From: an uncultured Candidatus Rokubacteria bacterium
GTDB taxonomy: Bacteria > Methylomirabilota > Methylomirabilia > Rokubacteriales > CSP1-6
Assembly: GCA_963747235.1 (NCBI GenBank)
Contig: CAVVEU010000020.1
Span: 64,001 to 128,000 of the forward strand
DNA length: 64,000 bases
Direction: 5' to 3'
The notes below the pieces were generated by a model. That model was not told the DNA's origin and ran no database searches. It saw only the letters and a list, made by a program, of their open reading frames with translations. The position numbers and the translations under genes were made by a program. Below are positions 50,741 to 63,126 of the stretch, piece by piece. The stretch's first letter is position 1; each line of letters starts with the position of its first letter.

Positions 50741-52666
50741 GTGGCCCGCGCCTGGCTGCCTCCCGCGCTGCTCTCGGTCTACGCCGTGGCCTTCGGCTGG
50801 CGTGCGCTGGGCGGCGGCCTGCTCGTCTTCGACGATCATCCGGGCCAGCTCTATCGCCTCGGCGCACGCGATCACGCTGGGACTCGCCCCGTGGCGCTTC
50901 AATCCCGGGCTGGTGGGCCGGCTACGCGGAGCTCCAGTACTACCCGCCCGGCTTCGCCTGGCTCGGCGCGCTGGTCCACCTGGCGGCCGCCGGCGCGCTC
51001 GACCTGCCGGCCGTCTACCAGATCCTGCTCTGGCTCGCCTGGCTGCTGCCGGGCGTGGCGGTGTACGCGCTGCTGCGCCGCGCGCTCGGCGATCCGTGGC
51101 TCGCGCTCCCGGCGCCTTCGTCGCGCTGACGCTGTCGGCGGGCTCCCGGAGCGGCGTGGAGGAGGGCCTGCGCTGGGGCCTGATCGCGGCGCGCCTGGGC
51201 TGGGGCGTGCTGCCGCTGCTGGCGCTCTGCCTGCTGCGCTGGGCCGAGGGCGCCGCGCGCCCGCCGCTCGCGAGCGCCCCGCTCGTCGCCGCGGTGATCC
51301 TGCTGCATCCGGCGCACGCGCCGGCCGGCCGTGGCGCTGGTGGCGCTGGCCGCCCTTCACGCCGCGCCACGCCGCGCTCGTCTCGGCGAGGCCGCGCTGA
51401 TCCTCGCCGCCGGGCTCGGGCTGGCCGCCGTCTGGCTGCTGCCGCTGCTCGCGCACCTGCGCATGGCCTTGCCGCTGGCCTGGGCGGACGCGACGCTTTT
51501 CGCGCTCGGCCGCCGGCTCGCCTCGCAGCCGGTGCTGCTCGCGCTGGCGCTGCTGACCCTCGTCGCGTGGCGCGGGCGCGCGCGGCTCCCCATCCTCGCC
51601 GATGGGGGCGCGCGATGGCTGCTGGGCCTGACGCCGGCCATGCTCATCGTGATCGCGCTCGACGCGCTCGTCGCGGAGCCGCTCGGCGTGCGCGTGGCTC
51701 CCCGCGGATCGCCTCGTGGACGGCCTCTACCTCGGGCTCGCGCTGGGCGGCGCCATGGGATTCGCGGCGCTCGTCGCGGGGCGCGCGCGCCCGGCCGTCG
51801 CCGCGGTGGTCGCCCTCGCGGTGTGCGTGCCGCTGGCCTGGGGCCCGGATGAGCCCGGGCTCACGCTCTGGCCGCGGGCGCGCGAGTGGCCCCGGGAGCA
51901 GGAGGTCACGCGCGGGCTCCGGATGGACGCGCTCTGGGAGGCGATCCGTCAGGCGCCGCCCGGCCGCGTGCTCTTCCTCCGCTCCGCCGTTCCGCTCGAC
52001 TGGCGGCCTGAATGGTGGCGGCCCCACACGCATCTCACCGCGCTCACTCCCCTCCGGACGGGGCGCGCGATCGTCGGCGGCACGTTCACGCATCCGTCGC
52101 CGGTGGCCGGGCTGGTCTACACGGGCTCGGCGACCCCGCGTCCGATCACGATGCTGGCGGAGCAGCGGGACGGCCGGAGCCTGTTCGGTCGCCCGCTCGA
52201 GGACCTCTCGCCGGAGACGTTCAATCAGCTCGCCCGGAGCCTCGGGATCGGGCTGGTGGTCGCGCTCGAAGAGGACATGGGGAAGATGTTATTTGTGACT
52301 GACAATCAGCAGGTTAGGAGCCTGTCCCGAATAGGCTCGTTCAGGCTCTTCGCGATGGCGGATGCCGTGGCCGAGCCGGTGCCCATCGGGATCCAGCGCT
52401 GGCGAATCTCCCTGCCCGCGTCCGCGTCGGGCTGGGTCCCGCTGCCCATCGCCTACTCCCCGCTCTGGCGGGCGCGCGCCAATGACGCACCGCTGGCGGT
52501 GCGGCGCGACGAACGAGGGCTGCTCGCGGTCGCGCTCGTCGCGCCCACATCGTCGGTGGAGCTCGAGCATCGCCCGGGCGCGGCGGAGTGGGCAGGCATC
52601 ATGGTCAGCCTGGTCGCCGTCCTCGCCCTGCTCGCGGTCTGGTGGAGGCGGGCCTCGCGCCCGTGA
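50741..52666 (+). CDS. Polytopic membrane protein, GT-C/'PTPS-related' glycosyltransferase-like; several frameshifts
   Basis: FDDHPGQLYR, (W)WAGYAELQYYPPG motif, many TM helices, periplasmic C-terminal domain with YSPLWRA and a final TM segment. Confidence 0.55.
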
Positions 52667-53544
52667 ACCCGTCCGGCCGCCTGGGCGCGCTGCCGGTCGC
52701 CCTCCTGCTGCTCTGCTGCCTGGTCTGGGGCCTGAACCAGGTGGCGATCAAGATGAGCGGAGCCGGTGTCTCGCCGCTCATGGGCGCCGGGCTGCGCTCG
52801 CTGGTGGCCGCCGCGCTCGTCTGGCTCTGGTGCGGGATTCGCGGCGAGCCGCTGTTCCGCCGCGACGGCACCGGCGCCTACGGTCTCCTCATCGGCCTCC
52901 TGTTCGCGGCCGAGGTCGCGCTCATCTACTGGGGCCTGGCCTTCACCACCGCGTCCCGCAGCGTGATCTTCCTCTACTCGGCTCCGTTCTTCGTGGCGCT
53001 GGGCGCGCACCGGTACATCCCGGGCGAGCGCCTGACTCGACGGCGCATCGCGGGCCTGGTCCTCGCCTTCGCGGGGCTCTGCCTGGCCTGCGCGGACGCG
53101 CTCTACCTGCCCTCGCGGCGCGAGCTGTTCGGCGACATGCTCGAGCTGGCGGCCGGGTTCCTGTGGGGCGCGACTACTGTAGTTATCAAGATGGGCGGCC
53201 GCGTGCCGCTGAGCCCGCCGCGGATGCTCTTCTATCAGCTCGCGATCTCGAGCGTGGCGCTCATCGGCGCGTCGGTGGCGCTGCGCGAGCCGGGCGTCGT
53301 CGCGGCGACCGCGCCGGTGGTGGCCGCGCTCGCCTACCAGGCGGTGGTCGTCGCGTTCGCGTCGTATCTGGCGTGGTTCTGGCTGCTCAGGCGCTACCCG
53401 GCCTCCGACCTCGCGCCGCATCTGTTCTGGACGCCGCTCTTCGGCGTGCTCGCGGGCTGGGCGCTGCTGGGCGATCCGCTGAGCGGCAATCTGGGCGCCG
53501 CCGCGGTGCTCATCGCGGTCGGGATCTACCTGGTGAACCGCTGA
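52663..53544 (+). CDS. DMT/EamA family transporter
   Basis: WGLNQVAIK, TTASRSVIFLYSAPFF, about 10 TM helices. Confidence 0.88.
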   Translation: MNPSGRLGALPVALLLLCCLVWGLNQVAIKMSGAGVSPLMGAGLRSLVAAALVWLWCGIRGEPLFRRDGTGAYGLLIGLLFAAEVALIYWGLAFTTASRSVIFLYSAPFFVALGAHRYIPGERLTRRRIAGLVLAFAGLCLACADALYLPSRRELFGDMLELAAGFLWGATTVVIKMGGRVPLSPPRMLFYQLAISSVALIGASVALREPGVVAATAPVVAALAYQAVVVAFASYLAWFWLLRRYPASDLAPHLFWTPLFGVLAGWALLGDPLSGNLGAAAVLIAVGIYLVNR

Positions 53545-53549
53545 GCGAC

Positions 53550-54463
53550 TCAGACCATCGGGTCGTAGTTGAAGAACTGCCCCGAGGTGTCGAGCGGCGC
53601 CAGGTGGTGCTTGAGCGTGCCGGGGAACATCGCGGCCAGCCGCTCCGGCGTCCACCCCAGATCGTGGTGGATGCTCCGCAGCGGGCGCATGTGGCCGAAC
53701 AGCATGACCTCCTTGCCGCGCACCCCGAAGACCTGGCCCGAGATCTCCTTGGCCTCGTCGCTGGCCAGGAACACCGCGACCGGGGCGATGTGCTCGGGGC
53801 CCATCTTCTTGATCTTCTCGACGCGAGCCTTCTGGGCCTCGGTCTCGGTGGGGATGGTGCCGATCATGCGGGTCCACGCGAACGGCGAGATGCAGTTGGC
53901 GGTCACGTTGTAGCGCGCCATGTCCAGCGCCACCACCTTGGTGAAGCCCACGATGCCGAGCTTGGCCGCCGCGTAGTTGGCCTGGCCGATATTGCCGACG
54001 AGCCCCGAGGTGGACGTCATGTTGATGATGCGGCCCCACTTGCTGCTCCCGCATGTGCGGGACCGCGGCGCGGGTCACCGCGAAGGTGCCCTTGAGATGC
54101 GTGTCGAGGACCGCGTCCCACTCCTCCTCGGTCATGTTGAAGATCATGCGATCGCGGAGGATGCCCGCGTTGTTGACCACGATGTCCACGTGCCCGAAGT
54201 GGTCGAGCGCGGTCTGGATGATGCGCTGGCCGCCCGCCATGCTCGCCACCGAGTCGTAGTTGGCGGCGGCCTGGCCGCCCTGCCCCTTGATCTCGTTGAC
54301 CACGTCGTCGGCGGGGCCGCGCGCGTCCGCCCGTGCCGTCGGAGCTCCCGCCGTAGTCGTTCACCACCACCTTGGCTCCGTGCTTCGCCATGAGCAGCGC
54401 GATCTCGCGGCCGATGCCGCGCGCCGCGCCCGTGACCACCGCGACCTTGTCCTTGAGCATCAT
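53550..54463 (-). CDS. Short-chain dehydrogenase/reductase (hydroxyacyl-CoA dehydrogenase-like); frameshifted
   Basis: VTGAARGIG, VVVNDYG, NNAGILRDR, GNIGQANYAAAK. Confidence 0.85.
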
Positions 54464-54503
54464 GAGTCGTCGCCATCGGAGCTCTCTCCTCGTTGGAACG
54501 TAG

Positions 54504-55708
54504 TCAGATGATGCCGCGGGCGGCGAGCGAGTCGATCTCGGCGGTCGTGAAGCCGGCCTCGGCGAGCACGTCGCGGCTGTGCTCGCCCAGCGGCGGGGCC
54601 GGGGTCCGGATGGTCCCCGGGGTCTTCTCGAGCTTCACCGGGGTGGCCATCGTCTTGAAGCGTGCCGGCCCGCGGATGGTCCTGCTCGGTGATGAACCCG
54701 GTCGCCACCACCGCGGGTGGCGCACCAGCATGCGGGTAGTCGTTGACCGGCGCGCAGAGCACGTCGGTCTGCTCGAGCACCTCCATCCAGTGGTCGACCG
54801 GGCGCGCGCGGAACGACCGGGGCCAGGATCGTCTCGAGCTCGCCGCGGTGGGCGAGACGGTCCCGGCGCGTGGCGAAGCGCGGATCGGAGCCGAGCGCGT
54901 CCATGCCGACCGCCTTGCAGAAGGGCAGCCACAGGCGATCCACCCACGCGGCCACGAAGAGCCAGCCGTCCGCCGCGTGGAAGGCCTGGTAGGGCACGAT
55001 CTCGGGATGGCCGCTGCCGTAGCGCGGCAGCGGCTCGCCGGTCTCGTGGAAGACGGAGAGGCGCGCGGTGTGGGCGAAGAGCATGCCGTTGAGCAGCGAG
55101 GCGTCCACCCGCTGCCCCTGCCCGTTCGCGCCGCGCGCGATCAGCGCGGTGAGGATGCCCTGGATCGCGAGCATGCCGCCCAGGGTGTCGACCACCGGCG
55201 CGCCGCACAGGACCGGGCCGCCGTCGGGCTCGCCGGTGATGGCCATGAGGCCGCCCAGGGCCTGGGCCAGCGAGTCGAGGCCGGGCTTCTCGCGCCAGGG
55301 CCCCTCGGGGCCGAAGGCGGAGATCGAGCAGTAGATGAGGCGCGGGTTCACGCCCTTGACCGAGTCGTAGTCGATGCCGAGCCGCTCCGCCACGCCGCCG
55401 CGGTAGCCCTCGATGATCACGTCGGCCCACGCGGCGAGCCGGTGGAAGGCGGCCCGGCCCTCCGGCTGCTTGACGTCGAGACAGATGCCGCGCTTGTTGC
55501 GGTTGACCGTGAGGTGCAGGATGCCCTCGCCGTTGCGCATCGCGCGCGGGTACACCGAGCGCCCCGCATCGGGCGCCTCCCGCGACTCCACCTTCACCAC
55601 GTCGGCGCCCATGTCGGCGAGATACATGCCGCAGATGGGCCCCGCGATCAGGTGGGCCAGCTCGAGGACCCGCACGCCGTGAAGGGGCGGGCGCAGAGGG
55701 TCGGCCAT
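54504..55708 (-). CDS. CaiB/BaiF family III CoA-transferase; frameshifted
   Basis: VRVLEL, IAGPIC, MGADVVKVE, NRNKRG, NPRLIYCSISAFG, APPLGEHS. Confidence 0.88.
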
Positions 55709-55730
55709 GACCGCATCACCCTAGCACAGA

Positions 55731-56539
55731 TCAGCCGCGGCTGGTCCGCATCAGGGCGGCCGCGAACTCCGCGCCCAGGATGAAGACGACGCCCGAGTAG
55801 TAGGCGAACATGGCCAGCGCCACCAGGACGCCGAGGGGACCGTAGATCCTGTCGTAGACCCCGAAGGAGAGGATGTACCAGCGGAAGAGCTGCTTGGCCG
55901 CCTCCCACAGCACCGCGGCGAGGAGCGCGCCCGCCAGCGCCGCGCCCACCGGGACCCGGCGGTGCGGGAAGTAGCGATACGGGACGAAGAAGAAGGCGGT
56001 GCTGAGCGTCAGGGCCAGCGCGAGCGACCAGGAGCGCACCCACTGCGACGGGATCGCCCATGGTCTGGAAGAGCAGGATGCTTGAGCCAGCCGAAGAGGT
56101 CGCTGATGACGAGGCTGCCGAGGAAGAGGATGCCCATCGCGACGACCATCACCATGTCCCGCAGCATGCCGCGGAGGAAGCCGGGCCCGCCGCGGAACCC
56201 GAAGATGTCGCTCAGGACCAGCCCGGATCGAGTTGAAGAGCTGGCTCGCGAAGAGGAGCAGCACCGCGGTGCCGAGGAGGCCCGAGAGCCGCCGCCGCCG
56301 GATGATGGCGGCGAGGGCCTCGTGGAGCTCGTTCTTGTACACCGGGACGATCGCGGAGAGCTGGTTCGAGCACCGCGTCCGATCACGGTGCGGCGGCTCA
56401 GCACGAAGCCGGCCACCGACACGATGAAGAAGAGCAGCGGGATGAGGCCCACCATGAAGTTGAAGGCGAGCCCGGAGGCCAGGAACATCCCGCGGCGGGC
56501 GCGGAAGTTGGCCGCCGCGGTTCTGAGCGCCCCGATCAC
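55731..56539 (-). CDS. YihY/virulence factor BrkB family membrane protein; frameshifted
   Basis: ASGLAFNF..GLIP, YRYFP, WEAAKQLFRWY, IYGPLG, ILGAEF. Confidence 0.8.
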
Positions 56540-56549
56540 GAGCCCGCGC

Positions 56550-57344
56550 CTACACGACGCTCCGGATCAGGCCGCCGTCCACCTGCACCGCGGTGCCCGT
56601 GATGTAGGACGCGCGCGCGGAGGCGAGGAAGACCACCATCGCGGCGAACTCCTCCGGGGTGCCGATGCGGCCCATCGGGATGTCGGCCGAGGACGAGCGC
56701 CATCTGCTGCTCCATCGTGACGCCGCCGCGCTTGGCCCGGTCGGTCTGGTGCTCGATGAAGCGGTCGGTCAGGATGCGCCCGGGCAGCACCAGGTTGACC
56801 GTGATGTTGTCCTTGGCCAGATCGCCGGCGAGGGTCTTGAACATGCCCGGCGATGCCCGGCCGGATGCCGTTGGAGAGGATGAGGCCGTCCACCGGCTGC
56901 TTCACCGAGCTCGACTGGATCGCGAGGATGCGCCCCCACTTCGCCTTCTTCATGTGAGGCAGGACGTCCCGGATGAAGCGCACGGTTGAGAGATGCACCT
57001 GCTCGAAGGCCGTCGTCCAGTGCTCGTCGGTCATGCTGCTCGAAGGGCCCGGGCGGCGGCCCGCCCACGTTGGCCACCAGGATGTCCACGCCGCCGAAGG
57101 CCCGGTTGGCCTCCGCGACCACCTTCGAGATGTCGGCGGCCCGGCTCGCGTCGGCGGTCAGCGCCAGCACTTCCGCGCCGGTCTGCCGCTTCACCTCGGC
57201 GGCCGCGTCGTTCAGCGCGGCCTCGCCGCGCGCGCACATCACGACCCGCGCGCCCTCCGCGGCCAGCCCCAGTGCGCTCGCCTTGCCCATGCCCTTGCTC
57301 GCCGCCACCACGAGGGCGGTCTTGCCCTTGATGCCCAGATCCAT
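56550..57344 (-). CDS. Short-chain dehydrogenase/reductase; frameshifted
   Basis: [51 protein letters not shown]. Confidence 0.85.
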
Positions 57345-57371
57345 GGGGACCCCTTTGTCGGCCTGCGTGAA

Positions 57372-58283
57372 TCAGGATGTCTGCTTGTAGAAGTCGGCGC
57401 GGTCGCCGCCGGTGACCGACAGGCGGCGCACCTCGTTGTCGCGCATGACCTCGAGGGTCATCTTCTCGCCGGGCGCGTGCTTCCAGAGCGAGAGGTAGAG
57501 CTCCTTGCGCGTCGGCACCTCCTGGGCATTCAGCGAGACGATCACGTCGCCCTCCTGGATGCCGGAGCGCGCGCCCGGCCCGTTCGGCACGAGGCCCGCC
57601 ACCACCACGCCCTCGTCCAGCGACGTGGGCGAAGACGCCGAGCCAGGCCCGCTGCGGCCGGCTCACCACGCGGCCGAAGCGCATGAACTCCTGCTGGCTG
57701 CGGCGGTAGTACTCGCCCGGGATGGCGAGCGAGCAGCGCGCGATCTCGTTCAGGTTCAGCGAGACGACGCCCATCATCTGGCCGCTCAGCGTGAAGAGCG
57801 GGCCGCCCCCGAAGCCCGGGATTGGAGGCGCTCGAGACGATCTCGCGATCGAGCAGGTACTCCCAGTAGCGCCTCGAACTCGCCGAGGTGGGTCACGAGG
57901 CCCCCGGCCACGCGGCGCTCGCGGGGCCCGGTGGAGCCGATCGCGAAGACGGGCTCCCCGCGCGTGAGCGTGTCGGAGTCCCCGATGGCGACGGCCTGCA
58001 GCCCCTGGCGCTTCACGTGGAGCAGGGCCAGCCCGATCTCGAAGTCCTGGGCGACGATCTCGGCCTTCAGCGCCCGGCCGCGTCCCAGCGTGACCTGGAT
58101 GGTCTCGGCGCCCATGACCACGTAGTTCACGGTGAGGATGAGGCCGGCGGGATCCACCACCGTCCCGGTGCCCATCCGCTCGTCACCGAGGATGCGGGTG
58201 GAGGGATGGCTCGCGGGGACCTCGGCGTGGATGTGCACCACCGAGGCGAGCAGATGCTTGACGATCTCGACCGACGCGTCCAT
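57372..58283 (-). CDS. S1C/HtrA-fold protein with PDZ domain and degenerate catalytic residues; frameshifted
   Basis: GTGTVV, LTVNYVV, NPGFGGGPLF, RAWLGV, GPGARSGIQEGDVI. Confidence 0.75.
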
Positions 58284-58353
58284 GAATCGAGTGCGTTCAC
58301 GCTAGCACGCGCGCGCCCGGGCCTTGCAACGCGACAGCGTACAAACCGAGCGG

Positions 58354-59210
58354 CTATTTGAGGTGGCGGGCCAGGAACTCCTCGATCCGGCGACGGGCGT
58401 CCGCCGCGGCTTCCGCCTGGTACGACGACGGTGGCGCCGAAGCCGCCGGGCCGGTTGTCGTTCTCCACCTGGGCCTGCACCTCGTGCCGCTGCCCCTCCA
58501 CGTCGAAGTAGTGGTAGGCGCCCGGATAGACGACGATGGTGGCGTCGGCGCCGCGGCCGCGCATGGCCTCGACCATCTCCCGGCACTTCGCCGCCGGCGT
58601 CCAGTCGTCGGCCTCGCCGATGAGCACGAGCAGCGGCCGGATCACCTGCTCTCCCACCAGCGAGAAGCAGCCGCCCGGGTAGACGCCGATGCCCGCGGCG
58701 AAGCCCCCCGTCGTGGAATCAATGATCGGCAGCGTGACGCCGCGGCGCGCGGGCGCGCTCGAGGCTCGGGCCGTTGATCGCGGCCATGGCGTAGACCCCG
58801 CCCTGCGACCAGCCGATGGCGGCCACCCGGTCCGCGCGGATCTCGGGGAGCGATTGCAGATAGCGCAGGGCGCCGAACGCGTCGTCGAAGCGCGCGGTGA
58901 TCGGCGGATCGTCCGGCCCCGAACGGCAGTCGCCCTTGAGGCCCCGCGGGCCGAAGCTGTCCACCACCAGGGCCACGTAGCCGCGCTCGGCGAGCCAGCG
59001 CGCCCAGCGGAAGGACTGCGCCTCGATGCCGGCGCAGCCGTGGAGCTGCACCACCGCGGGAAACGGGCCGGGGCCGGCGGGGCGAACGAGCGTCGCGGTG
59101 ATCGTCACCGGGGCGCCAGGCGTGACGCTGGGGAAGCGGACGATCCGAGTCTGCGCGGCGCAGCCCGCGAGGAGTGTCGCCGCCATCACCGCCGCCGCGA
59201 GCCGGTGCAC
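58354..59210 (-). CDS. Dienelactone hydrolase-family lipoprotein; frameshifted
   Basis: Lipobox LAGC, GPFPAVVQLHGC, nucleophile GWSQGG, GEADDW, YPGAYHYFD. Confidence 0.82.
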
Positions 59211-59317
59211 GGGTCGAGCATAGCAGGAGATCGCGCGCCGCCGCCCCGGCACACCGGCGCTGAGGTAGAATGCCGCCAGGAGGAGCCAGCCATCCGGGAG
59301 GCGCACGAGTCGGGCCG

Positions 59318-59814
59318 ATGAGCGACGAGCCGTCAAGGGAGACGCGCGCGGAAGCGCAGCGGCATTTCCAGCAGGGCTACGAGGCGCAGATGCAGGGGCG
59401 CCTCGAGGAGGCGGTGGCGCACTACCAGCGGTCCATCGCGCTGCATCCGACCGCGGAGGCCCACACCTTCCTCGGGTGGGCGTACAGCTATCAGGGGCGG
59501 CCCGACGACGGCGATCGCCGAGTGCAAGATCGCGATCTCCGTGGACCCGGACTTCGGGAACCCCTACAACGACATCGGCGCCTACCTGATCGAGCTGGGG
59601 CGCGAGGAGGAGGCGGTGGCCTGGCTCGAGCGCGCGAAGGAGGCGCGCCCGCTACGAGCCGCGCCACTATCCGTACTTCAACCTCGCGCGCATCCACATC
59701 AAGCGTCACGAGATCCTCGACGCCATCCGGGAGCTCGAGGCCGCGCTGGCGATCGAGCCGCGCTACGTGACCGCCCGGAAGGAGCTGCACCGGCTCCGCG
59801 GCCTGCTCAATTGA
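59318..59814 (+). CDS. Tetratricopeptide repeat protein; frameshifted
   Basis: [53 protein letters not shown]. Confidence 0.8.
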
Positions 59815-62097
59815 CCTCGATCCCGCTGCCGTTCTACGACAATCCCCTGCTCTTCGGTCACGACCCGGCCCGCGGCCTGCTCGCCTTCCGCCCGGCCGAC
59901 AGCCACGTCACGGTCTACGCCCGGCGCGACGGCGTCGTGACCACCACCGACGAGCCCTTCCGGCCGTTCCTGCTCCTGGCCGATCCCGATCTCCTCAAGG
60001 AATTCAAGGGCGACGTGGAGGTGACCCCGCTCGACGGGGACGGCGTCTACCGCTGGCTCGCGGAGTGCCCCTCCTGGCCGGAGGCCCTCCGGGTGCGCGA
60101 CCACTGCCTGCGCGTCTCCGGCAAGAGCGCGGGCGCGCCCGAGGCCCCGTACCGCTTCCTCAGCGATCCGGTGCACCAGTTCCTGCTGCGATCCGGGAAG
60201 ACGTCCTTCCTCGGCATGGCCTTCGGCGACCTGCGGCGCATGGCCGCTCGACATCGAGGTCACCACCGCGCCCGGCTTCGAGTTCCCCAACGCGGCGCGC
60301 GAGTCCGATCGCATCATCGCGATCGCGATGGCCGACTCCACCGGGTTCTCGACCGTGCTGTCGGGCGCCGAGCTGTCCGAGGCCCAGCTCCTGGCCGAGT
60401 GCTCGCGCATCCTCCGCGAGCGCGATCCCGACGTGCTGGAAGGCCACAACATCTTCCGCTTCGACCTCGAGTACCTGGAGGCGCGGGCGCGCCGCCACCG
60501 CGTGCCGCTCGCGTGGGGGCGCGACGGCTCCGTGCTGCGCGGGTACCCCTCGCGCATGCAGGTGGCGGAGCGCACGATCGGCTACCGGCGCTACGGGGTG
60601 ATCGGGCGCCACATCGTGGACACCTGGATCCTGGCCCAGCTCTACGACGTGGGCGCGCGCGACCTCGAGTCCTACGGCCTCAAGGACGTGGCGCGGCACT
60701 TCGGGGTGGCCGCGCCCGACCGGACCTACCTCCCGCCCGAAGACATCCCGCGCATCTTCGCGGAGGACCCCGCGCGGCTCATGGCCTACGCGCGCGACGA
60801 CGTGCTGGAGACGCTCGCGATCTCGGCCATCCTGTCGCCGCCCTACTTCGTGCAGGCGCAGGCCCTGCCCTTCGACTACCAGACCACCGTGCTGCGCGGC
60901 AACGCGACCAAGATCGACGCGCTGCTGATGCGGGAGTACCTGCACCGCCGCCAGGCGGTGCCCGCCCCCGGCCAGGGCCGCGGCGTGGCGGGCGGCTACA
61001 CCGCGGTGTTCCAGCAGGGCGTGGCCCGCGACGTGCTGCACGTGGACGTGACCTCGCTCTACCCGTCGCTGATGCTCGGGCAGGATCTCTTCCCGGCCTC
61101 GGACCGGCTCGGGGTCTCCGCCTCCCTGCTCCGCGACCTCCGCGAGTTCCGCGTCTCGGCCAAGCGGCTGGCCCGCGACGCGGCCGCGCCGGAGGACCGG
61201 ATCTTCCTGAACGCGCTCCAGCAGACCTTCAAGATCTTCATCAACTCGTTCTACGGCTACCTCGCCTTCTCGCAGGGGCACTGGAACGACTTCGACGTGG
61301 CCAACCGCGTGACCGGCGAGGGCCGGCGCCTCGTGCAGGCGCTGCTCGACCGGCTCGGCGAGCTGGGCGCCACCGTGGTCGAGGTGGACACGGACGGGAT
61401 CTACTTCGTCCCGCCCGCGGCGGCCTCCGCGGCTCGAGGAGCATCTCGTGAGCGAGCTGTCGGCGCGTGCTCCCGGAGGGGATCCAGCTCGAGCTCGACG
61501 GCCGCTACGTCGCGATGTTCAGCTACAAGATGAAGAACTACGTCGTGCTCGACGAGCGCGGCAAGCTCCTGATCAAGGGCTCGGGCCTGCGCTCGCGCGG
61601 CATCGAGCTCTTCCAGCGGCTCTGGATGGAGGAGATGTTCCGCCTGCTCCTCACCGGGCGGCGCGACGAGATCCCGGCCCTGGTCGCGCCGCTGGGAGGA
61701 GGACTTCCGGGCCCACCGCGTGCCCGTCAAGCAGTTCATGAAGACGGAGACGCTGCAGGAGTCGCTCGGGGTGTATCGGCAGAAGCTGCAGGCGGGCGCG
61801 CGCAACGTGGGCGCGGCCTACGAGCTGGCCCAGGGCTCGAGCCGGTCGTACCAGCCGGGCGATCAGGTCTCCTACTATGTGACGGGCGAGTCGAAGCGGG
61901 TCACGGTCAACGAGGCGGCCAAGCTCGCGGCCGAGTGGAGCGCGGCCGCGCCCGACGAGAACACCGCGTACTACGTGGCCAAGCTGCAGGAGCTCTACGA
62001 GAAGTTCCGGCCGCTGATCGAGCAGGACGGCCTCTCGCCCGTCGTCGAGGCCGCGCCCGCGCGCCGTCGCCCCGAGCAGGGCAGCCTGTTCGACTGA
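59811..62097 (+). CDS. polB: Family B DNA polymerase with 3'-5' exonuclease; several frameshifts
   Basis: ExoI DIE, Exo[10 protein letters not shown], ExoIII YARDD, motif A DVTSLYPS, motif [14 protein letters not shown], motif [21 protein letters not shown]. Confidence 0.88.
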
Positions 62098-62110
62098 GGC
62101 GGGGCCGCCC

Positions 62111-63023
62111 TCACCAGACCAGCGAGAGCTGGCGCGGCCGCGCGGGCGCCTCCGCCCGCACGCGGTCGTCCCGGGTGCGGGCCGGGAAGCCGACCTCCGC
62201 GGCGAGCCGCGCCACGCGGCGCTCGATGTCCTCGCGGTAGGCCCGCGGGGCATTGCCGGGCGCCGGATAGAGCGCGCGGTAGCGCGCGAGCGCCCACGGG
62301 AACTCCCGCTCCACGAAGTCGAGGAAGAAGCGCCACGTCATCTCGGTTCGCAGGAAGAGCGCCTGCGAGATCGCCTCGCGCGCGCCCGCCGCGAGGGCGG
62401 CGGCCAGCAGCTCGCGCAGGCTCGCGTCGCCGTCCGTCAGCAGCGGGAGCACCGGCATCAGGAACAGGCGCGCGCGGATGCCGTCGGCGGACAGCGCCCG
62501 CATGGCCTCGAGCCTCAGATCGGGCCGGGGCGCCCGGGGCTCGAGCTGCCGCAGGAGCGCGGCGTCGAGCGAGATCAGCGAGACGTTGACCCACAGGTCC
62601 GAGGCGCGCGCGATGCGGGCCAGGAGCTCGCGATCGCGCAGGACGCCGGTGGACTTGGTGGTGAGCCCGATGCGGAGCCCGGGCACGCGCGCCATCACCT
62701 CGAGCACGCCGCGCGTGACCGCGAAGCGCGCTTCCGCCGGCTGGTAGGGATCGGTCGCGGTGCCGATGGCGATCTCCTGCCCGGCGTCGCGCGCGCGGAT
62801 CAGCCCGCTCAGCAGCCGCGCCGTGCCGGCCTCCTTGACGTAGATGCGCTCCTCGAACTCCTCGGGGTCGCCGTGTCCCAGGTACTCGTGCGTGGGTCGG
62901 GCGTAGCAGTAGCGGCAGCCCAGCTCGCACCCGCGGAACGGGTTCACGGTCCAGCCGAAGGGCATGCTCTCGCCGGTGAGGCGGTTCAGCAGGTTCTCCG
63001 ACTTGAGCGGCCTGGAACGTCAC
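62111..63023 (-). CDS. Radical SAM protein, SplB-like (Rv2578c/PA0069 type); N-terminal frameshift
   Basis: WTVNPFRGCELGCRYCYARPTHEYL, IGTATDPYQPAE, TTKS, LEPRAP. Confidence 0.85.
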
Positions 63024-63126
63024 GCCCCTACGGCTGATCTACGATGCCGCCGAGACGCTTCACGAAGCCGGGAGCCGGCCGCGGGCTATCCATGAGCTCT
63101 CCACATGACGAGTACTATAGCACCAG

